Shown here one piece after another: positions 22,720 to 35,700 of a DNA stretch of 64,000 nt (its first letter is position 1; every line of letters begins with the position of its first letter). Source of the DNA: Daphnia carinata. Lineage: Eukaryota. The notes beneath the pieces are model-generated. The model saw nothing but the letters and a program-made list of their open reading frames with translations, searched no databases and was not told the DNA's origin. The stretch covers positions 4,030,001 to 4,094,000 of the forward strand of contig NC_081331.1 of the NCBI RefSeq assembly GCF_022539665.2, given 5' to 3'. The position numbers and the translations under genes were made by a program.

Positions 22720-24097
22720 AAATATAAAATACCGTCTCGGGAATCCAAATTAAGTATAGAAATGTCATGTCATCCATCGAATCAATACAATTTATTCAGT
22801 GTCTTGCCCCAACCAAGAATCTTTTCAGATCCAATGTTACTATTAACCTATACTGAGAAAAGAAAAACACCATTAAGCATCTCAATTGTTGCTCATGTGA
22901 CTTACATGACTCATAGATTCAACTTATGGCAGAAGCTTGGGAAAGGCCATACAAATTGCAGATGAAAATCATTGTATAAGTCTCTTGAATGATAAAATAG
23001 CACCCATAGAATGTTGCATTGTTGATAGTTGTGTTCCCAGTATGCTGAAAATCCTTTCCTATTGGATAAATTTTTTTTTTTAGATTAGACATGGGTGGCA
23101 AAAAGGAGGAGAAATGCTTCGTCATAAATTCAAAAAATTTTCAAGAAAATTCCTTTCATACCTAAAGAGTCCATGTATGATGTTCAACGCTGCAATGCCA
23201 GCGAAGTGAAACATCTTTAGAGCCATTTAAGTACCCAGCTTCACCAACACTCTGAACGTAAAGGACAAGTTGTTCTTTAGCAAGAGAAGCAGCTCATACC
23301 TTAATGGTAATGCACTTTCAGTGTTTTTCAACTGTAGGCTCACTCTTCAATCCTGTAACACTTCCAGATTTTACTTGAACCCCCGCTAAAATTCTGTGAA
23401 TGCAAAATAACAGCATTAAAAATGCTTTTTCAATAGACAAAAAACCGAAAAGTACCTAATCCATGTTTTATATTGAACTCGTGCCGTTTCTGGGTTTCCG
23501 TACCACACCCATTTTCGGCCCAAATACGGTCCCACAATTCTTCAGTTCCTTCGCTGCATGGACTTATTATTAACGATTCTTTTAGTACAGCACTAACAGA
23601 ATTTAAATTTAACACACTGTCAGGTGGTGGACTGAATAACTAAACAATAAATAATTGTTTTTTAAAATTCTATACTTATTTTGAATTCTTATTTGAAAAG
23701 TTTATGTACCTGACTGTGTTCGCCTAATGCCAATTCATCCTCATGTTCAGTTAGGGATGAGTTTGGAAAAACCTCCTACACTGTTTGGAAACTGTTCCAT
23801 TCCAATTTGTTCTTTTCCCCTAGCTGAGCTTGTAGACTCAAAATTTGAGCTACAAAACACAAATGAATAAAAGCAAATAAATAGAATCATTACGTATTAG
23901 GCCTTACTATCCTTAGCTTTGCTGTTATCTAATATTTTGTGTTGTTCCAATAATTGGGCCTGCAGCTTCATAATTTGATCTAATAAACAATAATTAATAA
24001 TTGAAAACCAATATAATAATGTTTATACTTACCATCCTTTTGTTGTATTATCTTATCCATTTTTCAACTGTTCCTCCAGCCACGCGTTATTCTCCAT
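22720..24097 (-). pseudogene. Degenerate intron-rich gene, right palindrome arm (mirror copy)
   Basis: Same exon/intron layout on the minus strand. Exon 4 is open here (LFSPPPDSVLNLNSVSAVLKESLIISPCSEGTEELWDRIWAENGCGTETQKRHEFNIKHGL). This copy has its own stop (TAG at 23776-23778) and a ~115 nt deletion near 23292. Confidence 0.65.
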
Positions 24098-25934
24098 CCA
24101 CGCTACTGAACTAACTGCGAATGGTATCCAATGGACTGAAATTGCCTACGCCAGTAATAACGAGTCTGAGCGGTAGATGGCTACGTGTATAAAGTCGGGC
24201 TTATCTTGTCGGGCTTGTTTTGTAGTATTCCATGATCTACAATTTAAATATTTTTGAAATAGACTTTAATTTATATAGTTTAAGGTTTTAGATTAATCAA
24301 AAATACCTTTGGCTGTTGTTTTCTGTCCGTGAACAATACAGTATCACTAAATAAATAACATTCATACTGGTTCAGGAACAAACACAAAATCAGTTCTAGG
24401 AAAAAAAATTGGAGAATGCAAAAAAATTGGAATGGAAACCAGTGTCAGATTGTAGTCTACACTATGTACAATATGGACGCGCTTTAGCAGGTGACTATCT
24501 GTTAAAATGACCACAGACTAATAGTAGATAAGCCATAAGCCAGTGTACTAACAACGTATCAATTACTGGAGCACTCTGGCGGTCCAAACATGTCAAAAAC
24601 CGAAGCGTACAGTCAATTTCGTACAGAACAGTCGCAACGCCATCTCTGGAGCTTAGCACGCGTAGCTCAAGTGGTTTTGCATTTGTAGACATTACTACTC
24701 CTGGTATGCTTTATAATCATGCCACGATAGCACATCATAGCAACCGAATTAACCCTTAAAAAGGGGGAACTGAGTAATCTGAGTGTTCACGCGCTTCAAT
24801 CGTTTTCATTTTCATAGAATCCTATTAGAACTAAGAGCAGTAAAAAACATTACAATCCGTATTTCGCTCGATCTTTGAATGGCAAAAGTAGAATTATAGC
24901 AAGCCGTCCCTTTCTATACAAGCTTCTTTACGCATAACTCTCGAAAACTATACTCGCTGACCAACGTTCAACAGATTTCGGTAAATCCCCCTTTTAACAC
25001 GAACAATTGAAGAAAAAAATTGCTGCTTACATCCCTAGTGGATATTTTTTTCACTGTTTTATGTGTTAAGACTCAACCACAGAAAAAAAAACACATCACA
25101 GAAATTAAAGGCACAAAACTTCGAACAATTTAACCTCGATTAAGGCCGTCTGGCGATCCTCTATGACTACTCTGCAGAACACAATAACATTTAAACTCAA
25201 ATATTTTAACATCTTGGTTTGAACTGCCCTCATTAACCACAGATTCAGTATAGTCCTTCAAGATCAAGCTGAGATCATAAAATGTTAGCTTTTGTTGCCA
25301 TCGGCCAAGGTTTAATCGCGGCCGGCTACATAATGATTCCAACTGGTCTGTCGACGATGAGAAATGCGCGTGTGATTGAAAATCAACAAGATACGCGCTA
25401 AGGTCCCCATATAGTCTGAGCAGCAGGTATCAGTCAACGACGCGCTAAGGATACTGGGGAGCGCTGGAAAACATGCTGGGAAAACATGTGAACATGGAAA
25501 GAAGCTTTGTTGCTGGTTGCGATGCCGGCCATTGTGGCTTCTATATTAGGATATCGGTTTTGAAATTTTTTTTTCAGCGCCTGATAGATCCCAGAGCGAT
25601 TTATGGCCACCATGTCTCAAAGGAAAACCCACCATAGATGCCACTAACCACACGCTTCAGAGTGTGGGGCTCTTCCTCTTAATGATCAGTTGATTGGAAT
25701 TCCATTTTGGTACGGCCAGCAAGGCGGTCCATCATAAGTTTAATGTGGTTCTCGAAGATTCGAACAACTATATCCTTTTGCTTCATTATGCAATCTGATA
25801 TTTTTAAATGAATTTTTTAAAGATGAAACCGCTATCGGTCCTCTAATTCGAAGAGGGCCTTTTTTTTCTAAATGCTATGGGTATTAAACTTCAGTATTTG
25901 TATTATTATTTACCTTAGTTTAGAGGTACAGCTT

Positions 25935-27566
25935 TTACGTTTCTCCACTCACAGGAGGTTGAAGTAGGTTTATTTGGTGGATAATAGTGCGGGTTTGGTC
26001 TCTGACTTCTAACGCTGCAAAGGTTATCTCCTGTAACCGCTTTAACAGTAGTAAATTTGGCATGTCATTATTTGCTGGCAACAACGGCTCTTCGGGCACG
26101 GCCTGTTTTGTTACGTTTGCTTTGTCTACGCTGTAATTAAGACAAATATTCTAATGAACAGTAATTTTAGCACAAAAGGTGCTAGTTGACATTTGGCGTA
26201 TTTGTAAATACCCAGCGGGTGGCGTTCCAATCGGCGTCTGTTCATGCTGCGGCTGATGAAGTCTGGTTGAATTCCAGCTCGAGCCGCAGCTACTGGTTTC
26301 ATCATCTTCCATTTTCCTGCTAAACTGTCCGGCTGGAGGGGGTAGGTCCAGGTAAGAGGATGGCGTGATGCTGAGAGCTTCATGCTGATCGGCCAAACCC
26401 AGCTGCGTGGCTGTTGGGGGGCGATCACCCCCAATGGATGACAAACAACTTTCATTACTCAATGAAAGATCTTTATCAACTTCCGGGTGAGGAGGACTGT
26501 TTGTATGACGTGTGTATTGTTGCGACTGTCTCTGGTGCTGGTTTGCATGCAGAATGCGGATCTTGGCGCGCATTTCCTCCATCATGTTCAAAAGCCGAGC
26601 ATTGTGCAATGATAGTCGGTCGTGGTCTTCTTGAAGCACCTCAACCATGGCTCCTTTATCAGCCAATTGCTGCTTCAAATTAGTCACATCTTCTGGTGCC
26701 ATCAGTTCGGAAGATGGGATTAGTTTATCAAAAGCTGGAACTGGCGCAGGGTCAAACTGATTTTTAGAGTACTGTCGACGCTGCTTTTGTTGCTCTCTCA
26801 TGGAGACGATGTATTTTCTAACTTTGCTCTCCACTTTGGAATAATCCGGTGGACGAAATACGAGCGAGTTGTGGCTCCTAGACAGAAATTTCTTGCGATG
26901 GGGCGTTCGCATTAGTGATTGGCTGCTGCTGGCAACTGACGCCGGAATACCGGAAACATTCCGCACATCTTGCTTGTCCTGGCAAATGCCCAACCAAAAT
27001 ATAAAGAAATTTCTGAAAATGCTACTCATAAGCATACGGATAATGAGATGAAAGTCTTGTTAACATACGTATTCAGTCATTCTGGAAAATGTTTCTCGGC
27101 TCGGCGAACTATTGGTGCAGGATATGGAATCCGGCTCGCTCGTGCTTAACTCCGTTAAACTCGGCAGTTCTTCGTCATCCAACATCTGTCTCGTTCAAAA
27201 TATTACAAAAATATAATAAGTTTAAAATTGTATCAAATGAAAACATAATTTGCATATTTTGAAGAAAGCAACAATGTCCCATGAGTTCATTTCTCATGTA
27301 CACATCTGGTGCCAAGTGGAGAGTTTTGTTATTTAATCTACAGGATCAACTTCACATTCAATCAGACAGGTTCTGTACTTTCTCATGTAATAGATTGGGA
27401 AAAAAGATAACATTTTAAAACGAAGTACCTGATCGAGGAGTTGAGAAGACTGTAGGACAGTGGGCAGAGATACTTCAACAGCGGGTAACGATCGATCTTG
27501 CTCTTCGACGTACGACTCGCCATCGTCTCCCCACGAATAGCAATTGTTCATATTTTTTGGTTCCAT
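25935..27566 (-). CDS. Coiled-coil protein, putative AKNA/AKNAD1-like; spliced
   Basis: In-frame exons 27566-27429, 27185-27069, 26978-26212 and 26130-25935 (TAA). An alternative GTGAGT donor near 25952 leaves the 3' end uncertain. Motif PPDYSKVESKVR is followed by coiled coil VLQEDHDRLSLHNARLLNMMEEMRAKI. From memory these resemble the AKNA-family PDFSKV.P.V and LQEDYHRL motifs. The gene structure is more secure than the family call. Confidence 0.65.
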
Positions 27567-29739
27567 CACAGATGCGGTGTATCAATTATTCGAAGAAGAA
27601 GAATAAAACTCAAAGTAAAACACAGAAGCAGTAACGTCAGAGTATCAAACAATCTCTAAACAAACGTGGGGTGGTTCACTGTGACATGTTGTGTTTTGTT
27701 TGGCTGCTGTTTCCATGGAAACTCATATAGCCGCACCATCGACAATTCGACATAAAAAGAATAATTGGACGTCGAATCGTCTGCAAACAGATTAGATTAC
27801 TCTCGTAAGAAGAAAAAAAACTACAGGAAAAAGAAAAATGCTTGAAAATAATTACTAATAACTGCGTTAGGAATAAACGTCGAGAGTCTGAAAGATAATT
27901 CAAGTTACGATTTTTGTTCACACAGGCAGGTTATTTAACTCTTTAAGAATTGGTTAACATACCGGCTGTTGTTTTGTTATTGCACTGGAGTCGGTTTGTT
28001 TCCGGATTGAACTGAAAGTGAAGGAGCCCAATCAAGTTGAAATCTTGAGCAGAAAACCATATAGGCGGCCTCATTAAACGTTGAAAAGAAGAAGAAACCG
28101 ACAACCGCATTTACAACTCCAATCAAGTCTGTTCCGGCGACCAGCAGAATCGTTGTTTTTTGATTTTTTTTTCTCTCTCTCTTCGTCCTCCTGTCTATAC
28201 TTTTTCTTCCAAGTTTTCTTCCTTTCATTAATTTATTTTTCTGTTGTATTCGAAGGGGGAAAAAAAGTATAATGGGCGGCTTGTGCTCTGGGTGGAGTTG
28301 CGAGTTGTTCGTCAATAATAAGTGGTCGGCTGAACAGCATAAGGAGGCGGACTGGATGCTGACATGGAACCGTGTTAATTAGCACAGTTTTCGTGCTGCT
28401 CTGCGGTCTTAGTTGGGTGGCTTAAGGAGAAAAGAAAAGAATGGAAGTGGATTTTTGTTGTTAAAACAAAGGCCCGCATTGTGTACGTATTACACGTATC
28501 TTGTCTCCGTCTTTACCGAATGGATGTACAACAACAACAACCCCCAAAGAAATGGAAAAGAAAACCCTACAAGGACACGATGTACATTTTCACTTGTTCT
28601 TTTTCCTGGTAACGTCCTTCGTCATCCTCACTAGTTCCATCGTTAGCGTCGTCCGTTTTCAAAGAGTAAGTCAAAACGAATGTCTTTTTTTTGTGTGTGT
28701 GCGTGATCTTTGTTTTCAACGTTTGCTCGTGTTCAATATACATTCTTATTCATTGCGGTAAAGAGTGAAGAATGCTAAACTTCTCTGTGTGCACCTGTGG
28801 ACTTCAATAAAATCTTAGAAATCATGTCATCTGCTTACTAGGACCAGTTTTTTTGTTTTCGTTCATAGATAAAAAGTACATAATGGATGATGATTGCTTG
28901 ACTGACAAACGGACAACCGAAATCTAGTTACAATAATCAGCACAATCATTTGTTTTTTCTCCTTTTTCTCGTTGCAACTGGCAAATAAGAGGAATGCGGC
29001 TGGTCACATAATAATAAGATTTTTTATTTCTTTTGAAACGGAGGAGAGGATTATAACAACCGATGTTGAAAAGAGATGAAGGACGCCACCAAGTTGGTCA
29101 TGAAGACACGTCGTAACACTGCCAGGGGAAACGAGAGAAATCCGGATTGTATCCGAGGTCTCCCCGTTCGCTTCAATTCCTCCTTATCTCTCCGCTGGCA
29201 CAGATCATATTTGATAATAAAGCCAAGTTACTTTTCTTTTTGTCTTTTAATGAGGAGAGGGAGAGAGAGAGAAAGAGAGAAGCGAGTGTGCGCTCTATCT
29301 GACTTCAAAGAGCAGCCCAAATAACGAACTTTATTTTTTTTTTCTCGTTGTTAAAAAAAAAAAACTTTTTTAGGCGGTGGAAGAAATAATAAATAAAGCT
29401 TGATTCGCTTAAAACAAAAATTTTTTTAGATTCAATCAACATTCATATTTATTGTTTCGATTCAATACGCAGAACTGCTGTTAGCAGAGGTGGATCGTCA
29501 AGTTTCTTGTTTCTCACGGGGCCACGGCCCTATATATCCTTTCATTCCATATTGTGATTTTCTTCGGCCCGGTTTATTAGCTAATTAATGAATGACAGGC
29601 TTGTTCATCATCCGCTTTCTTTAAAGAAAACAGAACTGTTTATTATTTTTCTCATCTTATTTTTATTCTTTTTAGAAAAAGAAGAAAATCTATTGCTTCA
29701 TTAAACGTCCTCTTGCTATGGATGCGGTTGTATTTAGTT

Positions 29740-29744
<5 letters not shown>

Positions 29745-29777
<33 letters not shown>
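29745..29777. repeat. (GT)n microsatellite
   Basis: About 16 uninterrupted dinucleotide units. Confidence 0.9.
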
Positions 29778-29778
<1 letters not shown>

Positions 29779-32700
29779 CTGTTTGTTTTGTTTTTATTGA
29801 CCACGATACATTAACATTTATGGGACCTCGCGCGCCGGCGTTTATAATGAGCCGAGTGATGGATCGTTCGCCTAATCCACTACAAATAAGTATCAAACAG
29901 CCGCACAGGTCATTTGCTTCTCTATTTTTGAATCTGTATACATATTTTTTTTTGTTGTTCTCTTCCTACGAGCGATTGATTTTCACCGCGGATGTCATAA
30001 ACTATCGACCCACAAGTTATCGGCCTCATTACGATATCGAAAATATTGATGTTTACCTGTTGATGATGTTCGTATATGCAAATCAAGCGGAACTCCTTCG
30101 CTTTTGCATCTCGCGCTCAGGCCCCTTTTTCCCACGCCCCATTTCCACCTAGTTGAGATAATGATTGGAGAACACAATCCTCGATACCAGTTAGGCGAAT
30201 ACATTTTCCAGCTATAATATTTTATCCTTTAGATATAGAAATATGCTTTCCGGTAATGACTTTGCGCTGCTGCCACTGCTCGACCTAGTGCCCAAGTGGA
30301 GATGAAATGGGGAGAAAGGCAACATGACGTGCTCGTCAGCGGCTATATAACAGTGAAATAACATATGAAACGAATTTTTCTCAAAATATAAATGTCCAAG
30401 TTATAGAAAACTGAATCGGCAGTCGGTACGTGCAGGGAGGAGAGCTGCACTTGACATATTCAGCACAATGCGGTACGGTTGAATAGCATTGAATCCAGAA
30501 TCCCGCCGTGTGCCCATTCACATGACTGTAACGCCAGGCTTTCCCGACAAAAAGGTCACGTGACCATTTCTCTTGCCAACTCTTGACGGCTCTTTGATGG
30601 TTGGGTACCATTCGAATTCGGGACTTTTTGAATTCTTTTCATTTCTAGCCTCGCACTTGGATCTAGTTTATTTTTGCCTCTTGTCTTTTTACTCTCGAGT
30701 TGATGAGTTGAAAAATAATCAAAGACTGCTTCTCCCCTTTTGCGATCCTTTATTTCTAATGGTTATTACAGCTATTATTAGTATCGAAGTGTCCCTGTCT
30801 CCACCTTTGATTAACGCTGCCGGATGTCTTGTTAAGATCAAAACGTGACTTGATCGGTGATCAAAAAATAAGTTCTGCCAGCCACTTGAGGCAATCTTAT
30901 GTCTCAATATCACCTGAACGTTTTCAATGTCATCTATATTTTTTTTTAAGTACAAACAAAAACAGCTTTTAAAGCATAACAAAAGCTAACTATAAACAAC
31001 AAAACAAAACAATCAGTTACGTTTGTCTAGTAAGATAAGAACTTGTGTTACATAGGAGCGTTGGCGTTTGATCTGTTCAGGATTGTTTAGCAATATTAAA
31101 TACGCTAGTTTACTTTATGTTATTTCCGTCTAGTATAGAATCACAAATACACGTATGCGAGTGAGGAGCTGCACATGAGAGGGGAAACTATTCTTTTTTT
31201 TCTATTTCTTCTTCTGTCGTTTTTCCCGCATTCTTTTTTTTTTTATCTTCGGGAGGGGTGGGGTACCGGGATCTGTATAGGAAAAGCCGCCTCATTAGAA
31301 GCGAGTCGCCATGGCAACGTCAGACAAAGTCGATGACGACGACGACGACGCTCCTCTCTGCCGCTTCCTCTTGACGGCTCTCCCGAGAGCACACATTTTT
31401 TTTTCCTATTTCTATTGGTAGACTCCCTTCGTCTATTTGCTGCTTTGGTCGTTCTCTCTTTGGCTCCCGACTCCCTCTCTTTTTATATATATATAAAGAG
31501 AGATCAACCTACGCGTGATCATTAAAGAGGATGTACACCACGGCTGCATCGACTTCTTCCGTCTCTTTCGTGCTTTTTTTCTTTTAATGATCGAAACATC
31601 ATAGGGGAATCGCAGTATAACACGCAATTCTGTATACCGGACGCGGAAAAAAAATGTTGGATCTGTTTTCTCTCTGTTCTTACATTCGCACTCCCTTCAT
31701 CTTCTTTGAGAATCTCGAGTTTTGCGGCTAGGTAATTCAAGTTCAAGAGTTTATTAGAATGGCTTAATAGGAGGGCCTAACGCGATGATATCAGGTTTGT
31801 TCCTAAAAAAAAACAGAAAAACTAAAGAGCAAAATAGCTTCAGCAAATTCTTGGCACTGGTAGTAAGTCTTGATGATCCATCATCATTAGACTTAATTCT
31901 GTCTAACTGGTCGGAATGAACTTGCCGAGCCGTACTTAATGACAATGATAAATGAAAAACTTCCGTCAGAAAACAATCGGTAAAGACGCCGATCACTGAT
32001 GCCGAGGCCAATTTAAAAAGGGAAAAGTTGGAAAGATAATTTTTCTTTCCCAGCTTGTTTTCTTTTTTTGCTCAAAGTTTGTCACCAAGATCGCAAAAAC
32101 CAATCAGTAGCCTTTTTTTCCTTCCTGCTATTCTGCACGTACATCCTAGACAGCAGCGCTCTGTCCGTTACATCGTCATAACAATAATAATGAGGCTAAC
32201 TGGGTGGAGGAGAAACTTTCAGCATCTCAATACGCAGGGCGATGCCTTCCATCGATTCGTCCAGGCCAAATTCAGAGGTGTTGATGGCCATTAACTTACA
32301 GACGAGACGGTTGGGACGTATGGGTGGGTTCGGCTGGATGTCGCTCACCTTCTCGATTCGATGCCACTGGAAATTGACATGGAGATGGCTCGTTTAGGCT
32401 CCCTATCGATGTCCGCCATCTTGGCTGGGCGCCCCTTTTTTTTCACCAAAGAAACTAGCAAAAAGGGGAAATAACTGTAACACAACTCTAGGCCCCCACT
32501 GATGCTTATTTGCCTTATTTTAAAACGAAGATCTATTGGTCAGCAATGATATCGTGATGATAAGGCAAGCCACTGGAAGTCGAGTCAAAAATATGTGAAT
32601 CGAGTTTCACAAAACGTTTCACTCACTTTACAGTGAGGTCAAGAGTATTCGAAAATGCAGATGCGGTGGTATCATGGACTTTGCTCATGTACGGAAATCG

Positions 32701-35700
32701 AACCACGGAAAAGTTTCACACATTCATTCATTAATTTTGAACGCGAAGCTCTTGGAAATTCATTTAGCACCAAGATTGCGTGACAGGTTATGGCTTTTTC
32801 CAAGAATCAAGTTTCGCGCCATGAGGACATACCTATCTAACTTGAATCCCAAACAATTGTTCTTTAATAATAATGAAACCCCCCTTCAACAAAAATATTT
32901 TATTAGGCCGCACAAATTTTCTTTACAATAAGTTATAACCCTCAAAACTTATCTTTGTAAACGACAACTCGTTTCCAAGGAAAATTGATATGTCATGCAA
33001 AGTTGTCGGAGAACATTACAATTATGATGTCACCCCGTGTCCTTTAGGCTATCAGAATTTACTCAACAGAAAAAGATCGAAAACTTAGAAGAAGAAGAAA
33101 AGAAAAACGAGGCCTGTTGAGTCGATCTATTTCGGCGTCTAACTTTGTGTTTTCTGCTATTGGATTACTGGTGACATCGGGAACATGTTGGTGTTCTTGA
33201 TTTGGGATATTGCGCGATATGATGTAGTGTTCCAATACTTCAGCACGATGGCAGAAACGTCTACGGGCGTAGAAGTTTCTCGCCTTTTACGAGCTGCTAG
33301 TTGGGAGACAGAGAACAGGGCAAGTGACACTCTGCAGCACCGACGTAGCCGTCAAAAACCGTCGGTCTCCTGAGAAACGTCAGCTTCTCTCGCAGCAATT
33401 CATATTATTTATAGATTACACGAGACAGCCCTTCCGTTTCTGTTTTCTGTTAAATCCTTCGGCATTGACTGAATCCTGTTTTAATTTTTTCAAAATTTAT
33501 TTTTTGAAAAGATTTTTCAGTTTATCGCTCAGGTAACGAAAGATGAATGTAAAAAAAAGGGGGGCCTATACGGACGGTTTGAGAATTGGAATTGATTGTA
33601 GTCGGATGCTTCTATGAATATTTCCAATCAGCCGAGCTTTGTTGTATTTTGTTTACCTTAATGAGGTTTCGAATCATTTAGCTACGCAGCTCATTAAAGT
33701 ATTGATTCTACTAACCGCGAGATCTGGAACTTCCGGAGGAATTATTTCTAGAGCCCGTCGGTGCAAACTGGGTCTAGCGCGACCACCCCAGCCAAAACGT
33801 CAGGGTCGTAAAGATGCCTAGTGCATCTAAGAAAAGTTCTTGCTCGTGCCACCACTTACAAAACAGCCCTTTTTTAACCTCCTCTCTTTTTTTCCCTTAA
33901 TTTTTATTTTTCGGTTTTCCAGGCAACCTAGAAGGGGGAATCTCACCCTAACTGTTTGATGGGGTTCCCATATCCACGCAGATACTCTCTCTTTCTGTCT
34001 GTTCCTATGAATTTTATGCCGAGAAAAACGCTTTCCTTAACCTTTCACTAGAACTGCGACTCAGCGGGAATTTCCGGATATATAAATTGGCCCTACTCAT
34101 TTCAAATCAATACTTTAAAAAAAAAAAAGAGCTGGAAATGCAAGGAAAATATTAGTAAATAAGTTGCAACGAAATAGCGAGTAAGAGAAAGAAAAAAGGA
34201 GAAAGAGGTTCATTCATTTGTCGACGGGGCCGTTCATTAAGTACCGGATACGAGAGTAGCGACCGTAGTTCATTCGTTACGATGTCATATCCATCACGGC
34301 CAAAACGGAATAGACTGTTACACCGCTGGCTTTTTTTTCGGCTTGAACACCAAACGGAAAAAAAAAAAATAAAACACGGGACGACATGGGAAAAGATTCC
34401 GTCCTCTAATAATTCATAAATCAAAACAGGCTCTTTGACTTTTATCTTGTAACGCAACGGAGTGATTATTCCTAACTGGGAAAGTGTCGCTTGGCAGGAC
34501 GAGTTTGTTGCATAAAGAGCCACGCAAAAGAGGGCAGGCGCCATGTAATTGTCCGCCGATTAGACGATGGACGTGTTGATTTTCTGGCGACAAGCAAAAA
34601 CAACTCTATTACGTCCATTTAATAATGCGAGTCAGTGGAATGGCAATGATTTTGTGTTTACGGCACGCGTTCTGCGGTGTGTGTTAGCGCTGCGACTGTC
34701 GGACCTGATGCTGGGCAGCATTGATGTCTACACGACTGGAACACCTCTTCCAACCAAAAAAAGCTACCCTCATCCAGTCCATCATTTCGACAGGAAACGG
34801 GAGAGAGACCCCCCGCGGATTGAATATGATAAGGCCGCGTGACTCTATAACCTCCCCCTTGTAAAAATAAACCTAACGTACATTGGATTTCTTTTTTCCC
34901 TGTTTTTTTTTCTCCTTCTTCTGTGTTTCCCATTGTGTATATGTATATACATGTCCGATGTTACATATACAGGGTAAATGAGAGAAGCCCAGCACAGCAC
35001 CGGGCAGCCAGCACGTGACCCCGGGACCGGGTCTCTGCTCTCATCACTCCCCTCGCTAACTATCCCCTCCAATAAAGAACCCTTAGCCCCCCCCCTGTTG
35101 CGTCGTTTTTATTTTTTATTCTTTTTTTTTTTTTTTTTATTCTTTTTTTCAGTCCTTTTTTTTTTTAGCCAATATGCCATCATAATAATGAACCCTTGAA
35201 CTGATTCTATTATCGTATATATTCTCACCGGAGAGTTTATGAGTGTACGCATTTAGTTTTTTTTCCATTTCGTGTTTCTTCTTTTACGCTGTCGAGTTTT
35301 CCCAACTGATATAGAGTGCACACGTTTTGTACAAAGATCATTATCAGCAACGTATAATCAATATGAAGTGAGGATGCTGAACACTAATGTTTGGCAATTC
35401 ATTCAAGTACGCTCTATTTTCACGAGATTTCAGCGATCATGTTGCAAATATTGCAGCTATTAAAAGCGGATACGTGGCAACTTCCCTAGTTTGATTTCCG
35501 TCTTTTGTTACACAGTATGAGACGCAGTTCGTTTGAATTTATTTTTTGTCTGTCGATATTACCAGGAAAAAGCCTCGATAAAATTTTAAGTCTAATAGTG
35601 AGAAACAAGGAAAAAAAAAAAAACCCAGTGTGGATGCTGTGATTCATGTGATATAAGTAAGCCTACTTAAGATCGAAGGGTGAAATAATGACGTGCCCGA

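Larger units (their letters stand above)
19450..24188. repeat. Large inverted repeat: left arm ~19450-21690, right arm ~21980-24188
   Basis: ACACGTAGCCATCTACCGCTCAG at 19450 is the reverse complement of CTGAGCGGTAGATGGCTACGTGT ending at 24188. Homology can be followed inward, e.g. 21591-21613 vs 22132-22154. The ORF track shows mirror ORFs 20757..20990(-) and 22603..22965(+). Confidence 0.97.

Noticed and set aside
22603..22965. 120-aa ORF (and mirror 20757-20990) as the palindrome's gene
   Set aside because: It is antisense to the strand carrying consistent GT-AG introns, and the mirror copy is interrupted by a stop.
19450..24188. Palindrome as a long-read foldback artefact
   Set aside because: The arms differ by many substitutions, a ~115 nt indel and arm-specific stops, and the spacer is unique. 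A read foldback would give near-identical arms. Read-level confirmation is still needed.
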